This document shows, in pieces, positions 61,306 through 64,000 of a stretch of 64,000 nt of DNA; within the stretch, counting starts at the first letter, position 1; every line of letters starts with the position of its first letter. Under the pieces are notes generated by a model. That model saw only the letters and a program-made list of their open reading frames with translations, was not told the origin of the DNA and did not search any database. Origin of the DNA: Neoconidiobolus thromboides FSU 785 (Eukaryota > Fungi > Entomophthoromycota); assembly GCA_025603075.1 (NCBI GenBank), contig MU626317.1, positions 1-64,000 on the forward strand, read 5' to 3'. The translations under genes and the position numbers were made by a program.

Positions 61306-64000
61306 CTAACTAAGCATATCTTCTCTATCAACCACATTATTATTCATATTACTTCCATCTTCCAATTGTGAAAAGTTCAAGTAATGAGCAGGTCTATGAC
61401 GTTCGTCATAAAATGGTAAAGGTACTTCTAAGCTAAGATGATATTCCTTATCAGGCTGATGAGAAGCACCCTGGAAATTATAATTCCAAATTGAATCAAC
61501 AGGTGAAAGGAAAAATCCGAAAAACTTGTCTGAAAGTAACATTTGAATACGCTCATAATGGGTTGGTAAGTATCCTGCTGGGTTAGTACCGCTTAGATCT
61601 TTGTTGGATGCTCCCCACTCATTACCTGATGGCGTTACTTTGTAACAAGTGAGTGAACAAGAACCTGGCGTAAATGCACAGGTAATAATTACTGAAGTAT
61701 CGATATCCCAACCTGGATAAGAGCCAAGTAATTTAGCATGTGTAGTAACGTCTTGTGGTGAAAGATGGGGTAGCTCATTTGGTAGAGTATGGATCCAGCC
61801 TAAAGGTTCAAGGTCATTCAGCTGCTCATGTTCTGGTGGATTATTTGGAAGATGCACCATTTGGTGAGTACCCCATTGAGGCACCATAACTATGGAACGG
61901 ATCTCTTTAACTTGTGGATTATCTTTTGGCGAAACACCATACAAAAATCCTGAAATTTGAGTTCGAAGATCAGAAATTATAATAAAACGCTTAAGTAAGT
62001 TTTTAGGCAACACATAAGTATACCCTGAATCCTTTAGATCATCACTAGCAACAAAGATGTGTTGGGTTCTCAATTGGAGATTGGTAGATGAAATAGCTCT
62101 TACTCTCCAATCTGTTTTAGAAGAAAAGGTTTGAGTTTCATACCCAGTTGTGGTAGTAGTAATAATTTCGTCTCCATGAATATTATGAGTTTTAGTGGTC
62201 ACTGCCGTCAGTTGGCTTTGTTCTTTAGCTTGCTTTTCGATTTCAGCAATTTGTTGACGTTGAAGCGAAGGAGCTGAAATTTCCATACCAAGGATAATAT
62301 CACGGATTTCAGGTTGAGTCAAAGAAGCAACGTTAACATTATTCTTTTTACCATAGTCTGCAAGGATAAGATCTTTTAAGGCAACCTCCACCTTAATCCA
62401 TTCATCATCTGGTAAAGTGGGCCAGATATGATGTGCTTCAGTGATTGTATTCTTATCAGGACGAAGAATCATTTTAGTCTTATCATTATTCACATGAAGT
62501 GCTCTTAAAATCAAAATCAAACGGAAGAAAGCAGTATATGAGGAAATCGTCGTTAGGAAATTATCATAAAGATTAAACAGACACATCATTGGCTCATTCG
62601 CTTTAAGGATAAGATCTCCAAACTTCTCTACTTTAAGACAAGCTTGGAAAGGTAATTGTAACTCAGAACCTTTGATCACAATATTGGGGAAATCTAAAAG
62701 ATGAACCTCAAGTGGATCCAACATACCCTTACGAGTAACAATGATTTGTCTTGGTTGTTCTTCCACTGGAAGTGAACGAATAAGAGCAGCTACTTCTTCA
62801 GCAGTCTTCCACTTGGCTAATTGGCCAAGACGTTTTTGTCCAGCCCATACCGAAGTATGAATAATCTTAAGGAAGAGATCACCATTACGTGGGTTGAAAA
62901 TAAAGATAGCACCATTGATAGGTTTTGTGGTTAAATTACCTTCAAATGTCTTATGGATGGTAACGCGATAAACATTAGTATCATCCACAAACCAAATAAT
63001 TTGATTTGAGAATAATTCACCGTAATTTGTTGAGTTAAGGTATGGTTCGGTTGGTTCAGATGAATACAATTGCACACCTTTACGAATACGTTCACGGAGT
63101 ACATAGAGAGCAGGATTAGCTTTAATAATCTTACCCATGGCTTGCTGTGTAAGTGGCTTAAGCCCAGGGAACCAATTACCATAAGCAGAATAGAGATTGT
63201 AAGCAAGATCAACACCAATCATCATACCAGTAGGTGAAGGATAGATACTCATATTATCTGTAGTATAATCTAAGAACTTGGCACGAGTGTAACGTTCAAC
63301 ATCATGAGAGTCAAAGTCACCCCAGCGTAATTGGATATCAATCCAGAATTTTTGAATAGTACCATTATCCATTGAATCTTTATTATCATTCAAAAGGGAA
63401 GGTCTGGATACACCCCATTTATAACTAGCAAACAAGAGAATATCCGCACATGAACTGTTCATTTTATAACTTTTACGTGGATGGATCGTTTCTTTTTGTA
63501 CTGACTCAATTTGCAAGGCTTCGGATTCTTGGTCAAACACTTGCACCATATCCATCACCAATGCTTCGTGGATTTTTTGCCACAAATGTGCACGGAAAAT
63601 TTGAATCAAGGAAATTTTAAGTGTTGGGATTTTACCATGCATAAAAATACCTGTTAAATCAAGTTGTACTTGGAAACCAACATACACATTTGAATTGTGG
63701 ACAACGGCATTATTACCAAGTAAAAAGAGCTTGTCGGAATCCTCGTCTAAAGTTATACCACAATATTGGCCTAGAGTTCCAGCTGTTTTAACAACATTAA
63801 ATCTATATTCAACTGGTAAATATTGAACAGCGATTGGGGCCTCCCTGCGTTTGCGATCAATTGATGAGAGACTGAGTACTTTAGTTAAAGCACTGCAAGG
63901 CACAAACGTTACGCAGGACTTAAAGCCATTATTAGTTTCATGATTTGAAACAGAATATTTGATACCAAGGGAGCGAGCTAAAGCTAAGGCACCAGTAACA
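61306..64000 (-). CDS. PRP8: Pre-mRNA splicing factor Prp8, 3' part (5' truncated by the window; includes the intein C-terminus)
   Basis: [42 protein letters not shown]; RNase H-like domain [18 protein letters not shown]; Jab1/MPN domain PLGWIHT; frame stays open to 64000. Confidence 0.98.
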   Translation of the reverse strand, partial: VTGALALARSLGIKYSVSNHETNNGFKSCVTFVPCSALTKVLSLSSIDRKRREAPIAVQYLPVEYRFNVVKTAGTLGQYCGITLDEDSDKLFLLGNNAVVHNSNVYVGFQVQLDLTGIFMHGKIPTLKISLIQIFRAHLWQKIHEALVMDMVQVFDQESEALQIESVQKETIHPRKSYKMNSSCADILLFASYKWGVSRPSLLNDNKDSMDNGTIQKFWIDIQLRWGDFDSHDVERYTRAKFLDYTTDNMSIYPSPTGMMIGVDLAYNLYSAYGNWFPGLKPLTQQAMGKIIKANPALYVLRERIRKGVQLYSSEPTEPYLNSTNYGELFSNQIIWFVDDTNVYRVTIHKTFEGNLTTKPINGAIFIFNPRNGDLFLKIIHTSVWAGQKRLGQLAKWKTAEEVAALIRSLPVEEQPRQIIVTRKGMLDPLEVHLLDFPNIVIKGSELQLPFQACLKVEKFGDLILKANEPMMCLFNLYDNFLTTISSYTAFFRLILILRALHVNNDKTKMILRPDKNTITEAHHIWPTLPDDEWIKVEVALKDLILADYGKKNNVNVASLTQPEIRDIILGMEISAPSLQRQQIAEIEKQAKEQSQLTAVTTKTHNIHGDEIITTTTTGYETQTFSSKTDWRVRAISSTNLQLRTQHIFVASDDLKDSGYTYVLPKNLLKRFIIISDLRTQISGFLYGVSPKDNPQVKEIRSIVMVPQWGTHQMVHLPNNPPEHEQLNDLEPLGWIHTLPNELPHLSPQDVTTHAKLLGSYPGWDIDTSVIITCAFTPGSCSLTCYKVTPSGNEWGASNKDLSGTNPAGYLPTHYERIQMLLSDKFFGFFLSPVDSIWNYNFQGASHQPDKEYHLSLEVPLPFYDERHRPAHYLNFSQLEDGSNMNNNVVDREDMLS
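63694..64000 (-). mobile_element. Intein (C-terminal part) in PRP8, with LAGLIDADG homing-endonuclease block H
   Basis: In frame: [17 protein letters not shown]...[26 protein letters not shown]|S. Blocks F/G, penultimate His, terminal Asn, and +1 Ser (TCA at 63693-63691). Confidence 0.95.

Noticed and set aside
3002-63903. Alternative genetic code or stop-codon readthrough as the cause of fragmented ORFs
   Set aside because: In every gene I traced, in-frame stops fall inside GT...AG introns with YTRAY branch sites, and the spliced products match known families under the standard code.

Overview
AT-rich, intron-rich eukaryotic DNA with gene content typical of an early-diverging fungus. A Conidiobolus-like Zoopagomycota is my inference; the taxon cannot be proven from the sequence. 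About 24 protein genes can be read, most split by ~45-55 nt introns: Slo/BK-type channel, CGI121, SRR1-domain protein, CWC27, ferrochelatase, CLASP/STU1, dolichol kinase, MSS51, an orphan, bHLH-Zip, NTF2, DUF1308, a fungal-specific TF, DIS3L2, a Crz1-like C2H2 TF, an alpha/beta hydrolase, glutathione synthetase, SPX-RING, a membrane spermidine-synthase-like protein, an MTA1/AMT1-type MT-A70 methyltransferase, a peroxisomal acyl-CoA oxidase-like protein, an AA11-type LPMO, RPC25 and the 3' part of PRP8. Four things stand out. (1) PRP8 carries a VMA1(VDE)-like LAGLIDADG intein at a site that is not the canonical PRP8-a site. (2) A ~105 bp ATAT-flanked TIR element (MITE family A) occurs 22 times. 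It has a 48-nt intron-shaped core (GT...TACTAAC...TAG), lies antisense to the nearest gene in all five intronic or 3'-adjacent cases, and sits ~160-220 bp from its neighbour in many cluster gaps. (3) A second, ~32-bp-TIR element family is present in two copies. (4) The BK-like channel reads STSGFS where the K+ filter TVGYG is expected. Gene ends and MITE ends were placed by eye and may be off by a few bases.
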